From: a virus
Lineage: Duplodnaviria; Heunggongvirae; Uroviricota; Caudoviricetes; Ackermannviridae
Strand: one strand, 5' to 3'
Length of the DNA stretch: 64,000 nucleotides
Virus record (IMG/VR): IMGVR_UViG_2974693523_000001
Location: 38,803-102,802 of that record
Below are positions 35,219 through 45,312 of this stretch, piece by piece. Position numbers and translations under genes: made by a program. The first letter of the stretch is position 1. The number at the start of each line of letters is the position of its first letter. The notes beneath the pieces were generated by a model. That model was not told the origin of the DNA, did no database searches, and saw nothing but the letters and a program-made list of their open reading frames with translations.

Positions 35219-35497
35219 ATGTCTAAACAAAGTAAAGAGGCGGGTCTAGAGTTTATCATTGCTAAACTCAAAGAAGCTTGGAAAGAACTACTGTTCACGG
35301 ATCGTGCATCGCTTGCCCGTGGCACAGCCGCCCTTCAAGACGCTCGCAGTCGTATTGTAAACCACTACGACATTGACGTTGATCATGACCTACCGTTTGA
35401 ATTTGTCCAGCTGAGTTTGGCTTGTGGCTACGCGGAAGATCGTGATTATGGAAATGCTGTTAAGCATTTAAGACAAATTTTGAATGGAATGAATTAG
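35219..35497 (+). CDS. hypothetical protein (92 aa)
   Basis: ORF. Confidence 0.45.
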   Translation: MSKQSKEAGLEFIIAKLKEAWKELLFTDRASLARGTAALQDARSRIVNHYDIDVDHDLPFEFVQLSLACGYAEDRDYGNAVKHLRQILNGMN

Positions 35498-35504
35498 GTG
35501 TGTT

Positions 35505-35759
35505 ATGCTCGAACATATAGCTAAAAGATTCAATGCGAATGCACGTCGTAAACATTTCCTTAATCGTATCGTTAATCACATTGAAAAAGGTGAGCGTCGT
35601 CAAGCGCTGAACGTGCTTGAAAAGGGTGTGCGTGGGCGCTATTATACTGGATTGCCGCGCGCAGAACGTCCTCTAATCCTTCTTTGTGTTTGGTTGGTAG
35701 ATATGGGAAAACCAGAGAAGGCGCTAGTGTTAATTAAACGCATGGTTGAGGAATCATAA
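35505..35759 (+). CDS. hypothetical protein (84 aa)
   Basis: ORF. Confidence 0.45.
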   Translation: MLEHIAKRFNANARRKHFLNRIVNHIEKGERRQALNVLEKGVRGRYYTGLPRAERPLILLCVWLVDMGKPEKALVLIKRMVEES

Positions 35760-35760
35760 A

Positions 35761-35985
35761 ATGTGCCAAGTTATTATTGATAATGTCCCGGACATAATTG
35801 CCAAAATTGAAGAAGGTGCATGGAACTTTGCACAATGGGATCTTGAAGCATTGATCTCCAGTTGTGAAATTACTCCATTACAGGCTGATAAATTGAAAAA
35901 CGCAAAAGCTGATTTGATTGTAGGTCGTGGTGATGTTTGTATTTCAAAACTGAATGCTATTCTTAGTGAATGTCAGTATCTATAG
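35761..35985 (+). CDS. hypothetical protein (74 aa)
   Basis: ATG 35761 right after the upstream stop. Confidence 0.4.
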   Translation: MCQVIIDNVPDIIAKIEEGAWNFAQWDLEALISSCEITPLQADKLKNAKADLIVGRGDVCISKLNAILSECQYL

Positions 35986-35995
35986 GTGGAACATG

Positions 35996-37717
35996 CAATG
36001 TAAATGTGGTGGGGATTGTCCTACAGATATTGAAAAATTTACGGTGAAGCAGGTAGATGAATGTCTATCTGTTTCACATCCTTTGAAGCCTATATCATTA
36101 CCAGCAACGTTAAGATCTGGTGTATGTAAAGCGTGTGGTCGTCGTTCACTATCGTTTTATTACGAGGCTAATGGTGTTAAACTAACCGAACTAGTTAAGG
36201 CATCTAAAACTAGTCCTAAACCGAAATCAAATGCAAAACCATTATGGGGAAAACCAATAATGAATCAGAATATCAATCCCAATTTTGACATCATTTCTAA
36301 ATTTGTTGAAGAATTAACTTCTGCAAAAGGTGGTGACAAAAAGATCGTTCTTCAGAACTATGCTAATAATGCTGACGTTTTCCGTTACATTAAGTTGGTT
36401 CTTGATCCGTCTCTAACACTTTATCAAAAACTTGATGACAAAATGCGTCAACCTTTTGGACAGTTTTCAAAGCCTGCAATTACCATACCATCATTGGATA
36501 ATGGTCTTATTGCAATTCTTGAATTCTTGCGTCTAAAAGCTATTGCAAAAGAAACCCGTGGTGATAACGGGTTAGCTCTATTCCGTTGTGTCTATACATT
36601 GGTCCCAAAACAATACCATAATCTTATTGATTGCTTTGTTCTGCGTAACCTAAAAGCGGGTGCAGGTGCAAAAACAATCAACTCTGTTGTACCTAAAACA
36701 GTGATGGAAATTGGTTATCAACGCTGTGAATCAGGCACAAAACAAATGATTCAACAGATCATTGATCAAGAAGGTGAAGTGTATATTCAGGAAAAAGAAG
36801 ACGGTATGTTCCTGAATGCGGTAACTGATAAGGATGGATTGATCGTTGATTTTTATTCTCGCTCAGGTAACATTCTAAAGTCAAAGAGCTTGAGTAAAGT
36901 TGCCATGGAAATAGAAGTACAAGAATTCTGTTCTAAAGTTCTTCTTGGTGAGTGTCTAGTTTTTGAAAATGGTCTATTACTTGACCGTAAAACAGGTAAT
37001 GGATTATTGAACAGTATTATTCAAACCGGTGAAGATATTGGTGATGAATACGAAATTGTTTATATGGTTTGGGACTATGTTGAGCGCGAAACATGGGAAG
37101 CGGCGCGCAACAATAAAGAAACCAAAGCATTGCTGAATGATCCTGTTCACCGTTACACCCCATACAGCTACAACTACGAAACACTGGAACTCATTTTTAG
37201 TGGTTGTAAAAACGTGAAACATGTTTGGAATAAACGTGTTACTGATGTTTCTGAAGCCATTTCTATCTTCAAGGATATTCTAAAACGTGGTGGTGAGGGT
37301 ATTGTTGCAAAAAGTCCAAAAAACTATTGGTTTGATGGAACATCACAAACAATGCTCAAATTCAAGGCTGTCATTGAAGCAGACTTTATTTGTGTTGGTG
37401 TTAATGAAGCCGATGCAAATGGTAAGTATGCGGGAATGGTTGGTTCTCTTGAAATGGAATCACATGACGGTTTAATCAGATTTGGTTGCTCCGGTATGAC
37501 AGATGAATTCCGCAAAGAAGTTACTGAAAATCCTCAGTCATTTATTGGTGGTGTTTTTGCTGTTAAGTTTAACCAGATCATTACCAATGAAACTGATCCT
37601 AGTATATTCTCAGTAACGTTTCCTCGTTTAGCTAGTGAAAAACGCTTGGATAAACTAGAAGCAAATACATATGATGAAGTAATTAAGATCATTGAATCTT
37701 ATTTTGAATCTCTGTAA
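35996..37717 (+). CDS. ATP-dependent polynucleotide ligase (nucleotidyltransferase superfamily) with N-terminal zinc finger
   Basis: Motif I KEDG (IQEKEDGMFLNAV), motif IV/V EGIVAKSPKNYWFDG...MLKFK, N-terminal CKCGGDCP...CKACG. AGGTGG SD before ATG 35996. Confidence 0.55.
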   Translation, partial: QCKCGGDCPTDIEKFTVKQVDECLSVSHPLKPISLPATLRSGVCKACGRRSLSFYYEANGVKLTELVKASKTSPKPKSNAKPLWGKPIMNQNINPNFDIISKFVEELTSAKGGDKKIVLQNYANNADVFRYIKLVLDPSLTLYQKLDDKMRQPFGQFSKPAITIPSLDNGLIAILEFLRLKAIAKETRGDNGLALFRCVYTLVPKQYHNLIDCFVLRNLKAGAGAKTINSVVPKTVMEIGYQRCESGTKQMIQQIIDQEGEVYIQEKEDGMFLNAVTDKDGLIVDFYSRSGNILKSKSLSKVAMEIEVQEFCSKVLLGECLVFENGLLLDRKTGNGLLNSIIQTGEDIGDEYEIVYMVWDYVERETWEAARNNKETKALLNDPVHRYTPYSYNYETLELIFSGCKNVKHVWNKRVTDVSEAISIFKDILKRGGEGIVAKSPKNYWFDGTSQTMLKFKAVIEADFICVGVNEADANGKYAGMVGSLEMESHDGLIRFGCSGMTDEFRKEVTENPQSFIGGVFAVKFNQIITNETDPSIFSVTFPRLASEKRLDKLEANTYDEVIKIIESYFESL

Positions 37718-37723
37718 TTCCGT

Positions 37724-37756
37724 TTGCCCCTTTTAATTAAGGGGCGTTTCTCTTGT
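37724..37756 (+). terminator. intrinsic terminator (GCCCC-TTTTAATTAA-GGGGC + GTTTCTCTT)
   Basis: Hairpin followed by a T-rich tract. Confidence 0.5.
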
Positions 37757-37766
37757 GTGGTGTATT

Positions 37767-38444
37767 ATGTCATACGAATTAACTGATTTCGATAAAATTG
37801 AATTAGAAGATTCCTTTATTACTTACCAAATATGGGAGGGAATACGCTCTCATTTTGCATATGATAAATATAATTGGGAAGATTACGGCCCAAAATCAAA
37901 CCTGAAATTTGAAAATTATATGAATCATAAACATAGGATGCACTTCCTAAAACTTCATAGACGTTTCAAAGGTAAGCGTGGTGAATTAACTGCTCATATT
38001 GCCGCTAATTTTATGGTTAATCCAAAATTCTTCATAATGTCAGCTTTGTCAAAAGAAGCTTTTAAAAATGCTCTTGAATATAACGCAATATTTGAAGACT
38101 TTGAGTTAAACTTTAGACAGTGGGTTATGGTTAATATTCCTGTTATCATGCAAGAGCATAATGTTACCAGCTTTATGGAGCTGATTAGAGTAAAGGAATA
38201 TGATGAGCCTTGGCTTTTATCAGCTATTAGTAATAACGATGTACCAGAGTGGTTTGCTGTCGGTTTAGACTTGATGATCAACTACCGAGTTAGATACAAT
38301 GAAGCATACAGTGAACATTTTGTATGGCAGGGTAATAGTAAGCGCATTTCAAAACTTTTACCTTGGTTCCCGTTTAATGATGCAGAAATAAATTCGTTGC
38401 GAGTTTGGCTAACAAAATTCCTAAAAGAAAAGGGGCTTAATTAA
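37767..38444 (+). CDS. hypothetical protein (225 aa)
   Basis: ORF from ATG 37767. Confidence 0.5.
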   Translation: MSYELTDFDKIELEDSFITYQIWEGIRSHFAYDKYNWEDYGPKSNLKFENYMNHKHRMHFLKLHRRFKGKRGELTAHIAANFMVNPKFFIMSALSKEAFKNALEYNAIFEDFELNFRQWVMVNIPVIMQEHNVTSFMELIRVKEYDEPWLLSAISNNDVPEWFAVGLDLMINYRVRYNEAYSEHFVWQGNSKRISKLLPWFPFNDAEINSLRVWLTKFLKEKGLN

Positions 38445-38458
38445 GCCCCTGTTTTTAT
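38427..38458. terminator. bidirectional intrinsic terminator (AAAAGGGGCTTAATTAAGCCCCTGTTTTT) between convergent genes
   Basis: Perfect 8-bp stem flanked by A- and T-runs. Confidence 0.65.
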
Positions 38459-40164
38459 TATGGTAGGACCAATGCTCTTTGTGGTCCTCCAAAATCACTG
38501 TCTGAATAATCAACAGTGTATATTTTATCGTTATTATAGTTGTGCTGGACGTTGCTAGAGTTACTTGAGTTTTGTTGTATTATGGGTGAATTAGTTGGGT
38601 TAGGTGTAGAATCAAACACTGACATCTTTTCAGTGTTCTCTTTATCCCTGTCTATTAAATTTTGCATCATGCGTTTTTGTGCTGCTTCCATTTGTGCGTC
38701 AAAACGCTCTAATTCTTCTGGTGTTGCTGTATCAAGTTCTATTGGATCAATACCAGTATCTGGGTCAGTTTCTCTTAAACTACTTCTATATCCACCAACT
38801 TGACGGAGCATTGTTTCTTTCCCAGGAGTCCAATCTGGTAGCCAATCTACTAAATCCATTATTTTACCAAGCATGTCATCAAACATACCTATAAAAAAGT
38901 TGTTTAATACATCACCTACAGTGGCAATTTTTTCATGTAATGCATCCAAAGCGGCTTGTTTTACCACTGACATTCTTTCTTCAGCTTTTTCTACCAAGTT
39001 CATATTTGCCACAGTGTTAACAGCATCACGGATCATTCCCTTAACGTTTTCATATATAATTCCTGGGATGTCAACAAGATCAGTACCTAAACCTATACCG
39101 TCAAATGCTTGACCAAGATACCCAGTAATGTGATTAAGAATATCAACTGGGTATTGGAGTATATTTCTTGTGATTGTTCTTATTGTTTCACCTACATTGG
39201 TTTCAAAACCAAGTAAGTCGGCACCAAGATCAAACAGATCACCAACACTTCCTAATAGTTGCATTGCACCAGCTTGAAGACGCTCGGCAATGGTTACGTC
39301 AGTTTTACCTAAAATTTCTTTAGCGTCAAAGAAACCCATACCAAATTCAATTACAACCGCAGCAAGAGCAAGTGGTCCAACCTTTAAGAAATTCAATGCT
39401 TTCTTTAACATAGGTACAACCGCGCCGAAAGCCAACATTGATGCCAATGCACCGCTCATACCACCAAGTACAGACGACATTAAATTATCCAACATGCCTT
39501 TCTTTTCTTCTATTTCTTTTGGCATTGTTGTACTTGATGTTGATTCAAATTCTGGATTGTTTTCAGTTTGTTGTAAGCTAAGAAGATCAGCTTCTGCTTG
39601 ACGCTGTAATTCAGCTTCAACCATCAACTGTCTCTGTTCCTGTAACTCTTTAAGAATAGGATTGTCAACATCCCAAACGCGCAAAAGTTCATAAAGAACA
39701 TCTAATTGACGATTATTAACATCCAAAATTTTATCAGAATAATCATTGCTCTCGCGCTGTAATTCCTGAGATGTATCATTTTCTATCTCAGGTTCTGAAA
39801 CTTGTTTTAATGTTTCTAATTCTTTTCGAAGTAATTCAATTTGCTCGTTTCTATCCTTGGATGCATCAGCATCAATTTTTTCCCTATACGCTTGCTGTTT
39901 CTCATAAATTGAGCGCAACGCTGCAAACATAGGGCTTGCTGAAGTAGCTGCCGCGATCATTGCACCCGTATTTGGTTTCAACGATGCCATGAGCGTTCTA
40001 GACACATCCTTAAATGTGCTATTAATCTGTTCATTGATGCTTGCGCCTTGTTTAGCAAATTCATCAATATTTTTTGAAATTCTAGAGATGTCGTCAGACG
40101 TAACGTCACGGCCTTTAGCCTTAGCGACGCGCATTTCATCAAGAATTTTAGAAATGTCAGCCAT
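38458..40164 (-). CDS. coiled-coil/Gly-hydrophobic-rich 568-aa protein, tape-measure-like (T4 gp29-size) candidate
   Basis: Long coiled-coil N-terminus, central Gly/Ala/Met-rich hydrophobic block (LGGMSGALASMLAFGAVVPMLKKALNFLKVGPLALAAVVIEFGMGFF). Size is close to T4 gp29 (590 aa). Last gene of a 4-gene minus-strand operon. Confidence 0.35.
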   Translation of the reverse strand: MADISKILDEMRVAKAKGRDVTSDDISRISKNIDEFAKQGASINEQINSTFKDVSRTLMASLKPNTGAMIAAATSASPMFAALRSIYEKQQAYREKIDADASKDRNEQIELLRKELETLKQVSEPEIENDTSQELQRESNDYSDKILDVNNRQLDVLYELLRVWDVDNPILKELQEQRQLMVEAELQRQAEADLLSLQQTENNPEFESTSSTTMPKEIEEKKGMLDNLMSSVLGGMSGALASMLAFGAVVPMLKKALNFLKVGPLALAAVVIEFGMGFFDAKEILGKTDVTIAERLQAGAMQLLGSVGDLFDLGADLLGFETNVGETIRTITRNILQYPVDILNHITGYLGQAFDGIGLGTDLVDIPGIIYENVKGMIRDAVNTVANMNLVEKAEERMSVVKQAALDALHEKIATVGDVLNNFFIGMFDDMLGKIMDLVDWLPDWTPGKETMLRQVGGYRSSLRETDPDTGIDPIELDTATPEELERFDAQMEAAQKRMMQNLIDRDKENTEKMSVFDSTPNPTNSPIIQQNSSNSSNVQHNYNNDKIYTVDYSDSDFGGPQRALVLP

Positions 40165-40165
40165 G

Positions 40166-41356
40166 TTACACCTCTTTGAATAGTGAATCTTTTATTATTT
40201 CACAACTTGTTGTATATTCTTTTGTTGTAAAAGTTCTCTTGATGTTAGTTAGTAGATATCTTCCTCTAATAAACGTTTCTGGATACTTTTTACCATCAAT
40301 TGTCACTTCTGTATTAATTGGGTCAAATTCATAAACGTAACCTACTCTCAGGTGATCGCCCGCTAGGGTTACAAACTTAAATCCAAATTGGTCCAATATC
40401 TGCACAAAGTAATCCCGATAAACTTTAAAAGAGTGTGAATTATCATCAAGTTTACCTTGCCAAACAATAGCCGAATCTTGTAACATGTACGGGATTTTGT
40501 TTTTCTCTAAAGTGGGTACGCTATTGAAAATTGATTCGTAACTGGTACTTACTTTTTCACAACTTTTATTTCTTGGGTCAAAGAAAAATTGGTTTCTGTT
40601 TGGTAGTGATTTTGCTAATTCATGATGGTTAAATGTATTGCGCTTAAACTCTAGTTTTCTTATTGTAAACAATTGTCTAAGACCATCATCATCAGTTAAA
40701 CCCAATGGCTCATAGTAAAATTTACCTGAACTAGGCAGTGACAATAACTCACCAATTGACTTGAAGTTATAACCCTCAACATCTTCATAAAATAGGAAAG
40801 GTGTTTTGTCTAAACCATATGCGCGTGAACAAGCCCATCTAATTCCAGTTAATGGAGAACAATAAGGCATTGCTGAAGTTTGTTTATTATTGATTGTTGA
40901 AATACCCACACTAATTTTCTTTTCTGTTTGTGTGTATTTCAATAAAGTTTTTACCAAAGAACCATAATCACCGTTAAAAGGTATACTGTATGTTTTCTGT
41001 GAATCAATAAATGCTTCTTCTGTAATAAGTTGATAGCGTATGGCTGCAGCCATGTTCATTTGTATTTGCTCGCCATGACACTTGACAACATATTTCAATT
41101 CTGTTGTTTTGTCCATACCAGCGTTTTTGTATTTTATGGTAATAAGTTCACCACCAAAAATGGCTTGGTTGAAGCGAATATTAGATGGATCACCAACGAT
41201 AAGATTACCTGTTGATGTCATTTGGAACAATGAATGGTAAATATTCATTTCTATCAGAAAGTCTTTAATATCCCACTCATTACCATAACGATCGGTAAGC
41301 GTCAATTTAATTATTTCAAAGTGGTTTGATGGGGTAAAACCTATGTTATTAGCCAT
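40166..41356 (-). CDS. putative baseplate hub protein (gp27-size, 396 aa)
   Basis: Size match to T4 gp27 (391 aa) and operon context; weak N-terminal pattern similarity. Confidence 0.3.
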   Translation of the reverse strand: MANNIGFTPSNHFEIIKLTLTDRYGNEWDIKDFLIEMNIYHSLFQMTSTGNLIVGDPSNIRFNQAIFGGELITIKYKNAGMDKTTELKYVVKCHGEQIQMNMAAAIRYQLITEEAFIDSQKTYSIPFNGDYGSLVKTLLKYTQTEKKISVGISTINNKQTSAMPYCSPLTGIRWACSRAYGLDKTPFLFYEDVEGYNFKSIGELLSLPSSGKFYYEPLGLTDDDGLRQLFTIRKLEFKRNTFNHHELAKSLPNRNQFFFDPRNKSCEKVSTSYESIFNSVPTLEKNKIPYMLQDSAIVWQGKLDDNSHSFKVYRDYFVQILDQFGFKFVTLAGDHLRVGYVYEFDPINTEVTIDGKKYPETFIRGRYLLTNIKRTFTTKEYTTSCEIIKDSLFKEV

Positions 41357-41885
41357 TGAATTTTACCTCTATTTCATCAACAACTTGTTGGACGTAAGCT
41401 TCTAAAAGAACTTTTATGTTTCTTTTCTTATCGTTCATTGCATAGGCATGTTCCAAATAAGTGACGGGTTTTAGACTAAAACGTGAAATGATAAGGCTAT
41501 CACTCTCATTTTCTAAACCCCACAAATACTTGAGTCCTCTTATATCAGTTTTTGTTCCGCGTGAATCAACATAATGTGAAATTGAGTGGGGATTAATAAA
41601 TGATTCTTCAAGTTCTTTATTGATAGCCGATTTGGATTTAGGCCATTGTTCTTCTAGACTGTGAATATCATTCATTAAGAAAATAAGATAAAAATATTCA
41701 CTATCACCATAATAGCGTTGAGCAATATCGCGAGGATCCTCACCATCACCTATTTCGTATGGTAAATAACAAAGCGGATTGTTTTTGATCTCGGGTTTGA
41801 TGCCTACTCTTCTAGTCAAATTGGTCACTTTGACATAAGAGCCATCCAAATATTGCATCCAACGAGCTGGTATTACATCAAGCAT
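41349..41885 (-). CDS. putative baseplate hub component (gp28-size, 178 aa)
   Basis: Size match to T4 gp28 (177 aa); operon context only. Confidence 0.25.
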   Translation of the reverse strand: MLDVIPARWMQYLDGSYVKVTNLTRRVGIKPEIKNNPLCYLPYEIGDGEDPRDIAQRYYGDSEYFYLIFLMNDIHSLEEQWPKSKSAINKELEESFINPHSISHYVDSRGTKTDIRGLKYLWGLENESDSLIISRFSLKPVTYLEHAYAMNDKKRNIKVLLEAYVQQVVDEIEVKFNG

Positions 41886-41896
41886 GATTTAACCCC

Positions 41897-42859
41897 TTAA
41901 AAAGTATCTTCATCATCAGTAAATCTACCTTTATGAAGTTGTTCCATTTCGGTAAATGTTAATGAAAGTTTTATGGCTGGAAGTGAGTTGTCTTCTCTAT
42001 TAACGTTATATTCACCATCTGGTGTGTAGTCAACCGACGCATTAGTTAGAGCACAAGTGGATAATCGGTGTAACCATACGTTCCTCTTTGCTGTGCCGTC
42101 ATCATCAATATACATAAACGTTATATCAAATGTTGAAGGTCTTAAGAAATATGCAGAACCTTCAGCTCTGTATTTATATTCAGGGTATTGGTGAAACTTA
42201 AAACGTCTTACAATAGATCTAGCAACTTGCATTTCTTCAGAGCTTCTTGGAGTAAATTTGAAACTTACTGAAAAATCCCTATTACCTACACCTTTGAATA
42301 AAACCTCAACGAATGGATTTGTCAAAGTACCTGTATAAAATTCTATCGCGTCTGCCGCGTTAATAGGTGTTAATGCTTGTACCGCACCACCAATCATTCT
42401 TTTTAGTTCTTCACTAACTGTATTTTTCACATCACCTAGAGTAATGTTTTCAAAGTTACCATATGCTTGGATTGCCCTACCAGCTAAACCCAAACCTGAC
42501 GCACCCCATTGAACACCATAATTTGTAGTTATTGATGAAGGCATATGCAATGCAATTGACTCAGTTGATCTTACGTTTCTGGTACCTGCATAGCGTGATA
42601 TTGAGCCCGCTGCTGACTGGTTAACAACAGGTGATTTAAAAGGTGATTCTACGTCGTTCTCTGTGCGTCTTTTAGCTGTTTTAAACCTAGTACCTTGGAT
42701 AGTGTTTATATTAAACAAAATAAAGTGGCCGTGACCACCATCACTACTAAAGAGATCTCTTGGATAAACTAATTGGGCATCCTTCTGGGTATCACCTTTC
42801 AGTTTCTTTATCTCTTTTTCTGTTTCTGTTGATTGAGTAATTTCTTTAGGGATAGCCAT
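41897..42859 (-). CDS. putative baseplate/tail-tube junction protein (gp54/gp48/tube-fold-like, 320 aa)
   Basis: C-terminal ...LPAIKLSLTFTEMEQL resembles tail-tube-family C-termini. 320 aa equals T4 gp54. Confidence 0.3.
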   Translation of the reverse strand: MAIPKEITQSTETEKEIKKLKGDTQKDAQLVYPRDLFSSDGGHGHFILFNINTIQGTRFKTAKRRTENDVESPFKSPVVNQSAAGSISRYAGTRNVRSTESIALHMPSSITTNYGVQWGASGLGLAGRAIQAYGNFENITLGDVKNTVSEELKRMIGGAVQALTPINAADAIEFYTGTLTNPFVEVLFKGVGNRDFSVSFKFTPRSSEEMQVARSIVRRFKFHQYPEYKYRAEGSAYFLRPSTFDITFMYIDDDGTAKRNVWLHRLSTCALTNASVDYTPDGEYNVNREDNSLPAIKLSLTFTEMEQLHKGRFTDDEDTF

Positions 42860-42910
42860 AATGTAAACCTCTAAACTAGATATTGATTATTTAGTCTTTA
42901 TGGGGTTCAC

Positions 42911-43516
42911 ATGGCTTACAATTATTTTCAGGGTTATTACCACCCAAAAAATCCTCAAAAGTATGAATTTCCTAGCGGTCCTAAGAAAATTTATCCATAC
43001 CATAGATCAGGTCTTGAATTTTCAGCTTTCAAATGGTGTGATACTAACAGCAATGTTATTTCTTGGTCAAATGAAAGAGTTGTAATCCCTTACATAAGTC
43101 CAGTTGATGGAAAAAGACATAATTATTTTATGGATTTGAAAATAACTGTTAAGACTTCTGAAACCACAGTAAAAACGGTGTTGGTTGAGATCAAGCCAAT
43201 AGCGCAAACAAAAGAACCACAACGACGTGGTAGGCCGGAAACATATTTGGAAGCATGTCGTACATATGCAGTCAATAAAGCTAAATGGGCAGCGGCGGAA
43301 GCGTATGCAAAGAGTCAGGGTTTTGGGTTCATTATCTGGACTGAACACGAATTAATTGAAGGTTATCAAAATGATGCTGAGTTAAAACAGCGTATGAGAG
43401 AACATCAGAAGAAAGTCAGACAAGAAAAAGAAATGAATAACGTAAGAAGACAAAGAGCCCGCGCAATGGCTAAGGCTCTCAAGGATAGAATAAAATCAGA
43501 TATTAACATTTCTTAA
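42911..43516 (+). CDS. T7 endonuclease I-family junction-resolving nuclease with basic C-terminal tail
   Basis: RSGLEFSAFKW...VVIPYISPVDGKRHNYFMDLKI...LVEIKP parallels T7 gp3's SGLEDKV...VPYVIP...YTPDFLL...VETKG catalytic E/D/E/K layout. Confidence 0.5.
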   Translation: MAYNYFQGYYHPKNPQKYEFPSGPKKIYPYHRSGLEFSAFKWCDTNSNVISWSNERVVIPYISPVDGKRHNYFMDLKITVKTSETTVKTVLVEIKPIAQTKEPQRRGRPETYLEACRTYAVNKAKWAAAEAYAKSQGFGFIIWTEHELIEGYQNDAELKQRMREHQKKVRQEKEMNNVRRQRARAMAKALKDRIKSDINIS

Positions 43517-44558
43517 CTTCATTAAAGCGGGTTTCAGCAACAATCCCCTTGAAAATGTTATTCCTTATGATGTTAAGAACTTCTTTAATACCCCTATTTT
43601 TTACCATGTCATTTATATCTTTTTCATACACGTTCTCAGGGAAGAGAACTACACGTTTATTAGCTTCTATAATTTTTGAAATACCCCGACACACTTCACT
43701 ATTTCTATACTGATTATCAGGTATGTAAATATCACCGTCAAATTTTAATAGATTGGCGTCAGCAGTTGCCACACAATTAGGAATAAACAAACTATCAATT
43801 GGACCTTCAACAACCAACTTAGGTTTTGAAAAATCCAATCTTTCTAACCCAAAAGTTTTTTCAGTGTTTTTTGTCTTTTTACAAGTTAGATAGCGAAGTT
43901 TTGCATCAGCTTGAAATGAACGTCCCTGAATAACTTGGATCTTACCTGTGGTCCCATAAAACGGTATAACTAGACGTGGTTCATCATTGATTAATTTCTT
44001 TACTGGTTCTGTTTCCTCTGGATCAAAAGATTCACAAGTCTTTTTCCAGTCATTTGTAAACCAGAACAAATCAATTGCAAAATTAGGTAAGTTACGACCT
44101 ATTACATATTTCTTAGCGTAATGATCGTCAGGTAAATCCTTTAATCTAACCATTGTTTCAAATACAGGATCTGTTACTGTTTGTGTTGGTTTAAACAAAG
44201 GCATTGGTCTAGCTTTTATAGCTTTAGCCCTTTGCTCTTCTTGTTCTATTTGATCAATGGTTTTTCTTTGTCGTTGACCATCAGCTGACTGTTTAAATTG
44301 CTCAAAGAAATACTCGTCAGCTAATAAATTATTAACGTTTCTTAAGAACGTCCCCATTCTTGCATTACGCAATACATCACAGTTATGGCAATAGTAATGA
44401 TAAGCATCAGTTTCATTTCTATAAATCAAATAACCACGGCGCTTCTTAGTATCATTACAAAATGGACATGAAAAACGGGCGAGACCTCCACGCTCCCACC
44501 CGAATCTTTCCAAATTTCCTGCGACTCTCTGAATAAAGTCTTCGTCAACTTCCCGCAT
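43503..44558 (-). CDS. DNA primase (T4 gp61-like; zinc ribbon plus TOPRIM)
   Basis: CPFCNDTKKRRGYLIY...YHYYCHNC zinc ribbon as in gp61; central acidic TOPRIM-like region. Confidence 0.5.
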   Translation of the reverse strand: MREVDEDFIQRVAGNLERFGWERGGLARFSCPFCNDTKKRRGYLIYRNETDAYHYYCHNCDVLRNARMGTFLRNVNNLLADEYFFEQFKQSADGQRQRKTIDQIEQEEQRAKAIKARPMPLFKPTQTVTDPVFETMVRLKDLPDDHYAKKYVIGRNLPNFAIDLFWFTNDWKKTCESFDPEETEPVKKLINDEPRLVIPFYGTTGKIQVIQGRSFQADAKLRYLTCKKTKNTEKTFGLERLDFSKPKLVVEGPIDSLFIPNCVATADANLLKFDGDIYIPDNQYRNSEVCRGISKIIEANKRVVLFPENVYEKDINDMVKNRGIKEVLNIIRNNIFKGIVAETRFNEVKKC

Positions 44559-44567
44559 TGAATTACC

Positions 44568-45305
44568 TTAATTTGTGTAATTTCTTATAATGTCATGAAC
44601 TTGGTGTATCTCGGTATCAGTTAATAATACGCCCATAACCTTCTCAATGTTAGTCATTGGTGTAATAACTTGCTCACTTGTGTTATCTTTAGCGAACGCC
44701 TTAGATATAAAAGTGATATCTGATACAACTTCAGGTCTATTGATCAATTTAGCCATTTCTTGTGATGGCATTAGATCACCATCAACACAAATTTCATCAA
44801 CTGCATTAACAAAATTCAAAATATGTTCTAGCATATTGTTAACTTCTTTGCCATAACGAACATTCTTGTTGAACTGCTTACCACGGAACATCATATAAAC
44901 AGCCTGAGGACTCATGTTACTCATAATGTTTACTGGGTAAATAAAGTTACCTGAGAATCCTGGGTATAGCTTCATAGCAATACAGATGAGTCTTATAGAC
45001 TTTTTGTGATATTCCTCAGTTAACTCATAAGGATCATGTTCACTCTTCTGGAACAATAGCACAGAGAAAGGGGTGTATGTTAGCTCACTGAGATACATCA
45101 AATCAATAACTCGATTCTTGATGTGGGTCAAAAATAAAGAAGTTGTTATAGAGAACATAGTGTTTTTCCTTAATAACCATTCATTGACTTTATATCGCTG
45201 AACAATAAACAATACCACATATTTTATTAGGTTATACAACATATTGCCCAGAAACCCAGAAATTGCTGCCACTACTAGTGTGACCTCAATAGAAGTTGTA
45301 TTCAT
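44568..45305 (-). CDS. hypothetical membrane-anchored protein (245 aa)
   Basis: ORF with N-terminal TM helix. Confidence 0.45.
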   Translation of the reverse strand: MNTTSIEVTLVVAAISGFLGNMLYNLIKYVVLFIVQRYKVNEWLLRKNTMFSITTSLFLTHIKNRVIDLMYLSELTYTPFSVLLFQKSEHDPYELTEEYHKKSIRLICIAMKLYPGFSGNFIYPVNIMSNMSPQAVYMMFRGKQFNKNVRYGKEVNNMLEHILNFVNAVDEICVDGDLMPSQEMAKLINRPEVVSDITFISKAFAKDNTSEQVITPMTNIEKVMGVLLTDTEIHQVHDIIRNYTN

Positions 45306-45312
45306 TTGCTAT

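Noticed and set aside
38540-39601. Plus-strand ORFs 38540-38803, 38679-38894, 38873-39112, 39290-39601
   Set aside because: All are antisense within the 568-aa coiled-coil gene. They have low-complexity Ser/Leu-rich translations and no SD.
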